Both the position numbers and the translations under genes were made by a program. Below the pieces are notes generated by a model, which saw nothing but the letters and a program-made list of their open reading frames with translations, searched no databases and was not told where the DNA came from. From NCBI GenBank assembly GCA_012295275.1, contig CM022676.1, forward strand, positions 1,240,001-1,304,000: a DNA stretch of 64,000 nucleotides, in the 5' to 3' direction. This stretch comes from Chrysomallon squamiferum. Taxonomy: Eukaryota > Animalia > Mollusca. This document shows, one piece after another, positions 15,053-29,300 of this stretch; position 1 is the first letter of the stretch, and every line of letters starts with the position of its first letter.

Positions 15053-15560
15053 CCATGAACTCCTTCTGGATAGCCAACTTAATTTGCCCTAAGCTAGTTA
15101 AAGTCTCTCTCAAACACCCACACAGACGCACTCAGAATGATTTCATTTAATCTGTCTGTAATTTTTCCTCTACTTCTGTGGAGTTTAGCAATTTGCAAAC
15201 ATGAATCGACACCAAAAAATACAAAGCAGCCATAAGACTTAATATGAGTGATCACCATAAATGTGTGCATGGAAACCATATGGAAATCCTTTTTAATGTG
15301 GTTCTTCTAATACATTTTTAGTTTTATAAAATGAGAAAGAAAAGAAACCTTAATGTTCAAGGTATTTCTGCAGATAATGTTTTGAAATAGCATCAATGGA
15401 ATTTAAGTGAAATTCTGATTCAAGAAAATAACTAAATTTTGTGACATAAAATAAACATCATCTTTCAACCATAAAAACTAATTTCATGATATTCGTGGTT
15501 AAAATGACTTCCATTATTTAGGTGCCGCTGCATCAGAGTGCATGGCGAAGAGTAAACAGA
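15053..15560 (-). other. Candidate internal first exon ending ATG-G|gtgagt
   Basis: Strong donor at 15053/15052; ATG at 15056..15054; local CpG retention 14.6-16.6 kb; upstream boundary unknown. Confidence 0.4.
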
Positions 15561-16422
15561 CATGTCTCTTGCATGTTTGCATTTTACTTTTTTTTGTACT
15601 TATCTCAGAACTGTTTGTCTGGCATACATAAAAAATTTTTTTTTATCTTTTCCTAATAAAATTACATTACTTCCAAACATCCCAAAAATGAATCATCACT
15701 AACAGTCTATCTAAAGCCAACCATCAATTTTATTGTGAGTGTATCATATTAACATCCATATAAAATGTGTATTATGTGTGTCTTTGACATAATAATATAT
15801 TTTTCATGTATATCCATTTTTGGACATTAATGCTTTTACACACACACATACACATACACACAAATAAACATATGTACACATAAATCACAAGAATACTTTT
15901 TTTTAAACACATTTAACCCCCATAACCAACACACAAAAGAGAGTATTACACTAAGATTACTCAGAATACCCAGTGTTAACAAAGTAATTCTAAAACCAAC
16001 TCTACGAGGATCTGGTAATCTGTCTCTGAAATTATATTTTGCAACATCAAATTCACTGTAATACACTACTGCACGATTACTATTTGCTATAGGACTGTGA
16101 ATTAATCCCGACATTGAGGGAATTCTAAAGATCAAGTTAAGAATTAAAGTTCCTTTTCTTTGTTACAAAATGAAATGAAATGAAAAATAAATATGTTGTT
16201 AACTATACAGAAAGACTGAAAATATAATTTCCATGATTTTCACCTTCTACAAACAACACATGACACAATCTTGTTACATTTACTTCTGGAATTTTTAGAT
16301 GAATTCACTGAACTTTTTTCATGTGTCACTACAGAATTTCTTTAAGGTGAAGATTGCCATGATTCTATGTTACAGAAAATAAAATGCATATTTATTGTTC
16401 TTGAAAACATTTGTGAGGCAAT

Positions 16423-16464
<42 letters not shown>

Positions 16465-16478
16465 TACCCATCTACCTA

Positions 16479-16517
<39 letters not shown>

Positions 16518-19500
16518 GACCTTTTCAGAATTAAAATGTGTTTCCTTGTAACAATAGAAAACCCTTGCACTGGCACTGGAAGTAAGCCAGTCAACACGAA
16601 ACAAATTCAGAACAAACCGAAAGCAAACACAGAAGAAACTGAAAGCAAACAAGGAACAAACTCTGAAAGAAAATCCCTTCTTTTCATCCATACTGATAGT
16701 ATTCTTTAACCTGTGAGAACTTTGCCAACACAATTTGGACATGGACCAGTTTGTGCTGCTTGCTAATGTGACTAGTTCATGTTTTGCACCTGTATGAGCA
16801 TGTGAGTAATTCCACTCCAAAGGATAAAAAAATGGATAAAAAATATTCAAAGGAAACCAAGATTTTGCAGCTATGTGTGTTTGTTATGGATCTGTGCAAC
16901 TTTGAAGATTATATCCATTGCTTACACTTCAATACAATATTTTAGTCTTATGGGTCATTATTACCATTCTTGTATCTCTGTAACAGAATTATTTTGGCTC
17001 TTTTGTTTTCTGATGATTTACTATAATTATAATACATATAGAGCTATTTACTTTTTAAATATATTTTCATAAAAGAAAAGAAAAAATTAAACAAAGAATT
17101 AATAAAAAACATACAAAAAGAATATAAATTCAGGCACTGTTAAACAAACACCAGTGAATATGTATCTAACTGCAATGGTTTGACTGTTTAGTTTCATACA
17201 CGTTTGATGTTTGGAAGTTCTAATTAGAGAATATTCTGTAGTATATAATCAGAAGCCACAAAGTGCCTTGAGGAACAGACACATTCCATTTTCTTTCATG
17301 TTTCTTTAAAAACATTGTATTTCAGCTTCAGGAAATGTCAGATAATAGCTGTCAGTATCACACAATAAGAAGAACAAACATGGGCACTTCCACAGGCCTT
17401 CTGCATTTTTTTGTATAGGATTTATATTTTTATATATATACACAATTCCAAAATGTTGAAAATAAATACAGAGGATAAAAATACAAAATTTCTTTAAATT
17501 CTAATTTTGTAAAATAAATTACTTTTCTTTGGCACAAAACACAATAATAATAAACATGTTGTGGCCATCAAATTCTTTACACAAACAATTCTTGTAGCAA
17601 AGAGTCATGAAAGTAAATTTTCTCAATTTAAATCTGAATTTGATGATGTTACAAAATAATATTCATGTTTCTTGAACATTAAATCATTTTAGTTTAATTC
17701 AAATTTTAATCCATATTTAATGTTAGTTCTGTACAACTAATATTAATTTTTTACACCAACTAGAATTTACTGGTTTAAAATCTGTAAAACATAATTAGAT
17801 TTCTGCTTTATGCAGTTTTTAGTTTCATGATGGAAATCAATTTCAGATATCTCTATCCTTTAAGTGATCGTATTTAAGTGAAGGCGTTTTTACAGAGGAT
17901 TCTGATATGTATAAGAATAGTTTCTTTAGGATCAGGAAAACAGATTAATTAGGCTTCAACATGCTTCATTCCCCAAACTGACACAAGCCACACCACTTGG
18001 GAAATGAACAAATGGTTGAATTGACTGACAAGCTAATATACCTGGGCCAGAAAAAAGTGCTAAATTTCTCCATGTTCCATACTCTCTAGGGACAAATAAT
18101 GACTGACCAGAGTTAATATGAAATACCTTCTTATTATCATAAAGTTAGTAATTTGATAACTGACTTTGCTGATACTGAACATATAATAAATAATAAATTT
18201 AAAAATGATTATTACAACATTTAATACTTTGTACATAATATTAATGCAATATTAATGCAATATTAACAGAGAAAGATAATAACAAATTACTAAATAATAA
18301 AAGAGCAAACACACACACACACACACACATATATATTAATTAAATATTCAGATATATATGCCTGCTTGTTTCTTACACATTCAGTAGTAGCTATAAAACA
18401 AAATACTGTTCTGAAAAAAGCAGTTTAATACATCTACATCTAATAATATAACAAATTACCTTTGGGCATCCTGTACACTCTTATGCTTTATCACTTCTGT
18501 TTAAAAAGTGATCATTATATTTCAGTACATATTTCCTTAAGGAAATATCTCAGTTTCTAGATTTTCCCCAAAACAATAAATCATCAATACAAGATGTAAA
18601 CAGTCTGAAATTCATTCTGACCTTATAAGAAAATCATTTTTGATAGCATTAAGACTGAAGTCAACATAATTACTGAATTCAGGATATGATCTATGTCCTT
18701 AACTTTAACAGTCTCCCACTGGGCCACAATTCAATTTCACACAGTGGTCAGTGAATAAATTCAAACACTGAGATTCTTCTTCAGCAGGACAACAAAATGA
18801 CTGTTAGTCTTTAAACAAAATGGAACAATACAACTGCCCCTAAATAGAAATGAGGGTGAAAAAAAAAGTCTAGCATTGTCCATAACCAATTTTATTCAGT
18901 GGACAGACAGCAAATAAAATGCAGCTCACAGATTCCCTTAACACCAGGACACAATCTTATGTTACTGAATCACAATGACCATCAGTGGACAGCTAATAAA
19001 GTGCACCCGGGCAGAAGATTTAGATTAGTAGTGGACAAGTTGGTCATCCTAGAGACACAGAAGGTTAAAGGTCATTCCTGCTCACTTCACAAGAGACAAG
19101 TGGACAGTGAACCATTGCTAAACTATGCTGTTCATCTGAAAGGAAAATTCAGTGAAATGAAAAAAATAATGTACTGAATTTATTATACAAAAAAATAAGA
19201 ATAAAAAAATAAAATAAAATAAAATAAAATAAAATAAAATAAAATTTAAAAATTAATAATAATAATAATAATAATAATAATCAAAATAAATAAATAAATA
19301 ATACAGTTTTATATATATATATAGTAGCAGCAAAAAGATTTATTACTGATACATGTATTTGGTGTTGCGGGTGTATGTGTGGGAGGGTGAAAGCATTAGA
19401 AAAGTTTCAACATATTACTTATACAAAGTTGATTTTTAATAAATAATGGTATTAAAGATAAACAGGTTTATTACTGAATTTATATAAAAAATAAAATTTT

Positions 19501-20634
19501 TAAAATAGAAATGTATTCTTTACCTAATTAAATTTTTTATGAACAATAAAATATGCTTCTTTTATTCTTTTCTCTTCTATTTTTTTTTTTTTAGATTTCC
19601 AAATTATTTATTTTAAATCTTTTTCTTCAATTAACAAATCACAGTTTCTACGAATTCTTAATATTTGTTTTTGATTATGAAGACAGAGTTTAAAGACTTA
19701 AAAAAAAATTAAATCTGTAAGTGGGATTGAAGACTGATGATGCCAAAGCTCTATATGATTATAGTATTACAATTAATTAAGTTCAGAGATTTTCAGCTTA
19801 AGAATATTTTTTTATCCTCTTTATGGTATCCAGCAAGCAGTGGAGCATTAGCTTAAACATGATGGGTCCTAAAGCTAGCTACTCTTCCAGTGTTTCTAGC
19901 CATGAGGAAGAAATCAGTTCAAAGTGGCACAGATCACTGTGATAACATCAATCCAACTCACTAAGCAATTGATTTTTTTCTCCCTTATAGGATGTTGCAG
20001 ATGCGATGAATAGCACTAAAGGTGGGATTAACTATAATACTCCAGCAAAACAAGATGATTAAAACAGCGAACAGAGCTTCATTTGGTCCAATAAACCAAC
20101 AGTGTTAAAATTTCCCTAGACTACTGAGAATAGCTGAAGGCATAAATTGTGAAGAGCATCAAACATTATTAATGCAAGAATGAAGTTTAACTTTTAAAAA
20201 AGAAAATCATTTTCAATACTGCTATAAATGACACCTCTCAGGAATTTTTAAACAAGTTCTTAACATTTTTTTACTTTTGTCAATGACTTCTCAAAGTAAT
20301 CTTGTCTTCGAGTTAATCACATTTTATCTTGTTAACCAGAAATTTAGATATATAATATTAACTAAAAATAGCACTGTTTTCTTTTATATTTAAAAAAAAC
20401 ACCAAAACAAAGCAAAAAAAAAAAAATACAATAACAAAAACAAAAACAAAAACAAAACCAAAAACAAATTAGATAAACATCGAATATTTTCAACATTGTA
20501 ATGTTCTTCATTATCATTATTAAAAATAAATTTGGTGGGTGGTTTGCTGGTCTTATTTATTTATTATTTTTTATTGTTTCAAATCTTTTAGGCAAGCATG
20601 TTTAAATAATTTATAAATATTATATACATGTATG

Positions 20635-20694
20635 TATATCGTGCTAGATACTTTACATATATCGTGCTAGATACTTTACATATATCGTGCTAGA
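20635..20694 (+). repeat. 23-bp tandem repeat, ~2.6 perfect copies
   Basis: TATATCGTGCTAGATACTTTACA x2 plus a partial copy. Confidence 0.95.
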
Positions 20695-20769
20695 AGTATT
20701 ACAGAAGTCAAATAACTGTAGCAAAGATTAAATGCAAATATATATATATATACACAACACACACAAAAA

Positions 20770-20803
<34 letters not shown>

Positions 20804-23800
20804 ATCTGTAAATGTCAGATGTATCCCTCAAAAAAAGATCTCACAACTTTACAGACACTGCAAAGTAACAGAAGGTAAAATGTTTAAATGACCCCTGAAA
20901 GTACAAATTCACCAGAACTTGAATTATCACCATAACAGAAGAGAAAAATAATCACTCCCCAACAAAAAAAAAAAAAAAATAATAATAACATTCCTTCCAG
21001 TCTCTGTCTACCAGCAGACAGTATTCTGAATTAGACTAATAATGGCTGAACAATCTCATCTTTCTACCATAAATCAAACATAAATAAAATTACTTCTCTG
21101 TGTTTAGCTATCTTCTACAGACTAAAGTGTTCTTCAGTGTTTTGTTGCAGTTTTTGATATGTTCAGTCACAATGGTTGTTTGTATTATTACTGGTAGACT
21201 ACATTCCATCATCAAATAGTCCATTAATTTTATTGTTCTCAGAATTATTTGAAACAAAGAGTACATAATACTTGAAAAAAGGAACTGATCTTTTTATCAC
21301 TAACACTGTAATAGTGAATTATGTTACCTTCTCTTGACATGCTATTAATACTTTTAATTTACTTTCACTTGTATAATTTATACAATCAATTAAGATGACT
21401 AAGCCTGTGATTCTTTTCTCAATCATTACAGTAAATTAATAAAATATGATAAAGGCTTAACATTCTTTATTAAATCCTAGAGGTCATCTCAGGCATCACC
21501 TATCCTGCTCTGAACCCCTTGTCAAAAGGAACTTCATGTCATTGTCACACCAACACACTAATACAATCCCTTTCAATGTATAAATTATTTTACTAACTTG
21601 GTTTATGCCATGACTTAGTGGAAATCAAGGGTCAAATTGGCTCTTGATGAGAAAATATCAGTTGATTATGAGCCTGACGAACAGCAGGGAGTCTGTTTAT
21701 TAACAAGTCATTCTTGAGCATTGAATTATGGCAGTGATATATCAGGAAGTGAGTGACATTTCAATCAGTGGTTAGGAAACTATTACCTGACAACACCAAA
21801 ATGACAGTGTGTAATCATTTATCCTTTTATAATGATGAAATTACAGCCCATGACAATCAAGAACTTAGTTAAAGATACAGTATGAGATTCAATTATATTC
21901 CCTTTAATAACATGCAGAATATTGGTACAGAGCAATGAAAAACTGAGTCTAAAACTAAGCAGAGTTTTCTGACAATTTATCAATAATATTGTAGAATTAA
22001 TTAATTAGCTGTAATATTTCAAGTATGAAAGTTTAAATGTTTTAGTGAAACAAGAGTCTCTTAGCCAGAAAACTGATTTTTTTTAATATTTAATCAAACT
22101 GATGTTGAAAATGTTTAAAAGATTAGAATAACATATTTCTTTATTGTTCCTAATACTGAAAATGAACCAAATGATATATATATATTTTATTATTTTTATT
22201 ATAACAATAACCAAAATATATATATATACAGATAAATTTAAACACACATATATAAGAAATATTATTTCCGAGGACCACACATGGTAAGATGCATCTACAG
22301 CTCTAAAATTAATTATTTTTCTCAAGTTAATCTTAAGATCATTTGCAGGGAAATGAGATATCTCCAGAGGCAAAAACATGTCTGTTATAAAGTCTGTAAT
22401 TGGATTACAGTGAACTGGTGAAAGGAAACCATATGCATATTAATCTGATAACAATATAAAAGTAAATTTGGACATGCAATAAATTCTGTAAACCACTGGA
22501 TTACAGTGGTAAAGAATTATACAGTGTATTTACTAAATCCAAAGAAAGTATTAAAATTTCTTACAGAAACCTACACATGGATGTGAGGGCATAAGAAATA
22601 AATAAATTAATTAAAAAGAATAACAAATATTATTCCTTCCTACTAGCATCTTGAAGAAGTGTTGAACATTTTCCTATAAATCACAATCTACTTGTGGAAA
22701 AAAAGACATTTCTGCACATCAGGAACAGCAGTCTTACAGTCTTTATTAGATTTTCTGATTTGCATGATCTGGATGCATGTTTCTACTGCTCTTCCCTTAA
22801 TGATAACATCCATACTAAGTTAATGAACTACCTTGAGAGGTCTGCAAAGTATGATTCAAAAGAGATGAGGTCAAAAGAGTTACATGCCGTAATTCATCTT
22901 CTGATATCTGTGACAGGTTTTATCCATCTTGTCCTTGTTGTATCCACCTCAGTAAAACAATAATTTTCAAATGTGGAGGTGTGCACATGCTGTCTGGTTT
23001 TCAAATATTAGTTCTATTTCCTTGTTTTTATTCCAGAATTAAAAATCAAAGATAACAGGCACACTCACATCCAAACAAACATGTACATGCACATGAACAC
23101 ACATACACATCCACACACTTCCTTGCAAGTTATTTCAATAAATTTATATTGTGTTGCAGTTATTTAATCAACTATTTTCAAATACAAGTGGTGAAATTAG
23201 CATTTCTATAATCTTACTCTTGTAACTGGCAATGATCCATTAACAAAGTGGAATCGTTTTACTGTCCAGCCTCAGGTCCACCAGAGCATCCAATCTACCA
23301 ACCTAGCTTTGTTTAATTATTTATAAGAATATCTAAGAATGCTCATTAGTTGAAAATTACCAGCAACAAATGACATCAAGAGCTAATATAACAAGTATGG
23401 AGATAATCAAACAACATAATCAATTATTTTATAACTGCATTAGCCATATGGTAAGTATCTTAAACATGTTGATAATACAAAGATAAGAAATTTACTGCTA
23501 AACCATTTTTACATATCAATTATTTTTTTATTATTATTACTCATTTGTCTTTGAAATTAAAATGCTCTCTAGGCTCTTTAGTCATCAACAACAATACAAC
23601 TATAATTTTTATATAATTAAATCTTACTTATTCTTTGAACTAAATACATATGTCTTTCTCAAGTTAATCTGTAATCTCCTTTCATGTATCCTCTAAGTTA
23701 ATCTCATATTATTTTCTTGTTTAATTGATATCTTTAATAAGGCCCTATCCTGGCTACCAAATATTTACCAAACCCAACACAAATTCTTCTAATAATTTTT

Positions 23801-26329
23801 CTTCAGGAAGCAGGAAGCTAAATCAGTGATGAAAGCTCCTGTAACCTACAGCTTGGACACTGTTCTTTTCATCATATAGCCATCATCGATCCAAGCAGCC
23901 TATCAACAATAGGTCTAGTACAAATGTATATAATTGGATTACTTAACAAAACAGGAGACAGTTTCAAAGTTTTCAATACTTTCCATCAATTACACTGTAA
24001 TTTACAGAACCAATCAGAAATCACAAACTGTCAGCATTGATAATTACCAGCATTCACTTAATTCTTTGACATGTAGAAAACTGATAACAGCTCAAGTTCT
24101 TTCAGTCAAGCACAGAACAATATTTTATTAAGAGCTGGGTAATTTGCTGTTAAATAAAATCAATCTTTGATACCTTATCTTCAAATAATACCATTTAAAA
24201 CATTATTTACTGTATTTGTTTCATTGTGTATATAAACTACAAAATTATATTAACAGAAAAGTGGAAAAATAAAATAATGAAAAATAAAAAAGGAATAAGA
24301 AAAGACAGAAAGAAGGAAAGAAATAGAAATAAATGAATAAAAGAGAAAGAATAAGTGAACAAATAACTAAATAACTATTTAATGAATGTATGTACCATAA
24401 GTTGGCATAATACTAATAATGAAATAAAAAGAACCATGTTTGCAAAATGCTAAAATTTCTACTGCATGAATTTTTTTGAAATTTATGTATACATAATTCA
24501 ATTTACTTCTTTTATTATCCTCATTATTATTCTATATTTTTAGTTTGAATAAAATAACTACAATTGTCTGAAGTATGAAAAGAACATAGCACTTGTGAAA
24601 TCAAGAGCTTCATGCATTCAGCATATTTCATTAGATTAATGATGACTTTGTGGTCCTCTGTAATGAAAGGAGCTCTTCAAAACACAATATAGTTCTCTCC
24701 TTTGATTTCCATGATTCAAGTGACAGTTGCCACATCAAAGAATTCAGTGCCAGAAAAGATTTCTGCCCTCATTGGACATGCAGGTCTCGAACAATTTCAA
24801 CACTAGAACACACTGATGATCAATGCTAACACAAGTCACAGCTTTCATCAAAAAGCAGTAAAAGAAAGCCAAAGACACTAAAGAAAGCCTGAGACAACCT
24901 GAGATGGCCATTTCACAGAAATACTATCATTTCTTGCAAGTTGATATCAATGGGCCTTAAAAACAGAGAATATTCAAAAGGCCATAAACATTGGCAGAAA
25001 GCAGGTTTCAGCATTTCTGTTTCTGTCAAGAGGTTTTTATAAAAGAGTGTGTCAAACACAGAATGTTTTTGTCATGTCATAATAAAAAACAATACTCAAA
25101 AATCAATTGATCATTTGCAATCTCCATTGATAAAAAGATACTTAGTTTTCTAAAGCTGATTCCACGAATAAAATAGATTGACAGACAAGAAATCATAATA
25201 TGGTAATGCTACAAAACATGAGTTTTGAAAATAAATGATACTAACTTTTTTATGTACTGGCAAACATTCTATAATATGCATTTGTAACAATCTTCTTTAC
25301 TTCTTTTTCAATTCTGATGTATATATTTTTATTTTATTCCTAATTATTTACAGTGCTATAGAAACAAAATCGTGTTGTATTTTATTATTTACTATTATTA
25401 TTATTATTATTTTTTTTTTTTTTTTTTTTTATGAATTAATGCACAATTAATGTAATTTTCATTTCTGCTGAACATTGTAAGATTGCAATTTATATAACAT
25501 GATCAGAATTTATTAGACCGTATTTATAATTTATAAGCCTGTGATATTTTTGGATGTACATGAATAACAAAAAGCAAATCAAAACCTTATAACAAAAGTA
25601 ATTAATAAATAAGTTTATATAATTATTTTACAAAATAAAGTTCATATCCTTTTAATAGATGCTTAGAAAATAATAAAGTTCTGAATAAAGGAAATCATTT
25701 AAAAAAAAATAATGGGCTTTAGCTAATTTGTTCTACAAATGCAATATTCTTCAGCTACTTTGTTGCAAAGCATAAAGCATGACAACAACACAATCAATAA
25801 TAAAACAAACGCATGTATTCATTGTAACTGAATTCATTTGTTTAAAAACACTATTGTGAGAAAGTGTACAGCGTATGCGCACATGTTAACAAACTCTAAG
25901 CTTTTGAGAAAGTTGTGGAAACAAGAGGAAAACCCAAAGAATCAATAGCAAGCAAAGACTGTCAATTGTGTGATATATTGACACGTTCTGGCATGCTAAC
26001 ATTGCTAATGCAACTCTTAACCAAGGCTGGTCAGGCAAACACTTTTTAATCGAGAAGCAATAAGCTTTGATCTTGTCTTGACACATTGGACTCACACGCC
26101 TAGGTGGCAAAGATAATGAAAGAAACACTTTTAGTGATAAATGAACAGATCACTCCATGATGCAAACAGTATTCTAAAATTAGTTTATCAAAGGTCAAAT
26201 CATATCTGTAATACTGAAACTTCTGGGAAAATATCAATGCATTGTTGTTGTTTTTTTTTATTGAAAAAAATCAAAGTTTGAAATTATTAAAGACATTACA
26301 AAAAGAAGTGACTGAAAATGATTACTACT

Positions 26330-26373
<44 letters not shown>

Positions 26374-29300
26374 CAAAACACACATATACACACACTTATA
26401 AAACAGTTACAAGTCTCTTATCATAGTTTTTGTTATACAATTTCAAATATATTTATATATTTGAAATCTTCTATAACATTCCCTATAAAGTTCTATGTTC
26501 AGTTCAGGAAATACTACAAGGTAATTTTTAGGATTTCCTGTTAATTTCTGAAGAGGAAAAGTCAAATGTTCAGAGTGATCAATAATAAAGAAATTAGCAC
26601 TTTACTCTTCAAACCCATCATTACTCAGACTGGGAACAGGTTCAAAAGCTTAACCTTGTGGATTCCCTCTCAAATCAAGAGGAAATTAAAGGCAAGTTTG
26701 ATGAAGGAATATGTTCCAGGTATCAGCAGATTTACTAAAAAGCCATTCCAATTGCAGGCAGGATCAACTATAATTATTCCATGATGTCAAATCTAGATGT
26801 TCTGTTTGAAATTACTCTGCTTGATGGCAAGTTGCCAAATTCATCTAGATTATGAAATTAAACAAGATGACCTACACTGATATCAAGTTTGTAGATAAAT
26901 ATGATTCTAAAGAAATAGCATACATCCAAATCTCATTCTTTAATAGCCAGCAAAAAACTCACACTAGAACATGTTTTTGAACTGTGGCTCCTGAGTTTTC
27001 AACTGCTCAAACAGTTTAATATATATATAACACACACACACATGCAGAGGAACCTTAAAAAGAAATGTATTAACATTTAATGAATAATAAAATCTACCAA
27101 AATGGGATAGAGAAATAGTTAAAAAAATAAAAAGAACTAAAGAAAAAAAAAAAAAAAAAAAAAAAAATTAAGTTACAGTAGAGTATTGCAGTCTTATTAT
27201 TATTTGATTTTTGTAATAATTTTTTATAATAAAATGATTTCATAAAAAAGGCTTTAACTATAATATTAAATGAACTGTCCCAAGGAAGAAACAATATACA
27301 TAAAATTAGTTGCTGGAAGCTTTTAACCAACTTTTTAAAATAAAATATCCTCACATTTCTGCAAGACTATGATCCTTCTGATCATTTTGGGGTTTGTCAA
27401 TAACAGGCATTTAAAGTATTCAGCTCTTCTCTCATTCTGTTATATTGTTCTTGTCAAAAGAATATTTAGCAAATCCTTACACCTGGAGAAAAAATTATTG
27501 TCACTGAACACCAAATTCCTTTTTAAAAACAAAACAAAAGACACTGTTCTCTATTAACAAACAATATCATGAGCAATAATGGGTTTTATTTAAGTAAATT
27601 CAAAACTTGGCTGTATTTCAGTGGTGGATATATAGGTCATGGATTTGAGAGCTTGTTGGAACAGTTGGACTGCTTTAAAGTATTTCCTTTGCTATCCAGC
27701 TTTTTATGACTGGCATTCCAAATGCTTTTCCAGGCATTTTTTTTTTTTTTTTTTAGAAATGACTGGTAACATTTGTCTATGGAGTGTTAACAGTTTCCTT
27801 ACAAATAAACTTATGAACTTATTTTGTTATTAGATTTATAAGATGTAAGTTACATAAAGCTAAACAATTATTTTTAAAATTTTACTTTTTCTTTTGTTAT
27901 TATATATGTGTTTAAGTAATAAACAAGTAAAATACCATACCTTGATTAATTTTTATTATGGTTTATAAAACTTGCACCTTGGATCCCAATGCCTGGGTAA
28001 AGAGATTAACTATATTTGTTTAGATATTTATATTAGTATTAATACTGGTAAAAGAAAAATATATGCATCCAAAACACATTATCCTATACTATGTATATGT
28101 GTAATAAATCAACCGAAAATTTAAGTACATGATTATTTGACAAGTGACAATGCTCTTTATAACACCAAACAAGTATTTAAAAGTTGATAAATAGCTAGCT
28201 TATAAATGTTTCTACCCTTAAACATAAAGGCTGTGAAAACTTTCACTAAAAGCCTTTCTGCAGTTTTCAATTTTAAGTGTTGTAGTTCTGGTTACATTCA
28301 TTTCTAGTTTGCTATTTTTAATACAGCTGCTTGCAGAAGCCTATTACAATACTCATTACTGCAAACTGCTTTGTTTACTCTTCAGTCAGTTGAACACCAC
28401 AACCCAAACTTGGAAAGATAAATGAATAAGTGTAGCATGAAACCAAATTCCAATCGTTTTCTTCTTTTTTCTCTTCATCTAGGATTTTTTTCTTCCCTGT
28501 TTTCTTTTTTTAAGTTGGCTGTACATTGATACCTGTCAAAGGATTTACCTATTAACAAGTAAATACCTGTTCACAATGTCTTGATGAGAAAAACAGAGAA
28601 CATATTTCACAAACAACAACTAACATCAGCATTAGTAACTGACTTCAAAAAAATAATAATATAAGTCAACATTCTTATCAGGATCACGTTCAGTTATGAC
28701 AAATAAAATTTGCACAAATACACTCAGCAAAATTGAAAATTATTTTTGTACACTAATAATATATTTTGTGAAAATGTAGCAATAACCAAACTTTCCTCAA
28801 AATAATATCAATTAATTATCAGTAAGAATGATGAAAATGAAAAATTTCAACATTATAAACTAAGTTCATATGACATACCTACATTTTAATCTGAACACGA
28901 TAAATATAAATATATATAATTCCAAAAACAAATTCAACACAGAATTTTAGTAATGAAATTGTATTTGTAAGGCCAAGCCGGGCTCAGTTAATATGCTAAT
29001 AACTAAAAGATGAAAATATTTTATTACATTTTTTAAGTAATTAATTAAAAAAATACTGAACTTCATACAATTTTAATTATTTCTATTACTACTTATGTAA
29101 GACAAGCATTATTTTGTAACAAAAGCATCACATTCTATATTATTCTAATCATTTGTAACTTTAATTATGTAGATAGACTGCAATAATAAACCTCAATTAA
29201 TTCAGCAAACTGGCAGCTGATAATTTTCTTTTCTTTTCTTCTCCTGTATTTCACAGGATGCCACAAAAAATTCCAGAGTGTCATTTAGCATATGAAGTCC

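Noticed and set aside
24760-24850. tRNA/SINE-like B-box (GTTCGAGACC on minus)
   Set aside because: No convincing A-box or cloverleaf.
28965-29000. GGCCAAGCCGGG...GCTA resembling a Helitron-type 3' end
   Set aside because: No hairpin partner or CTAG terminus; too short.
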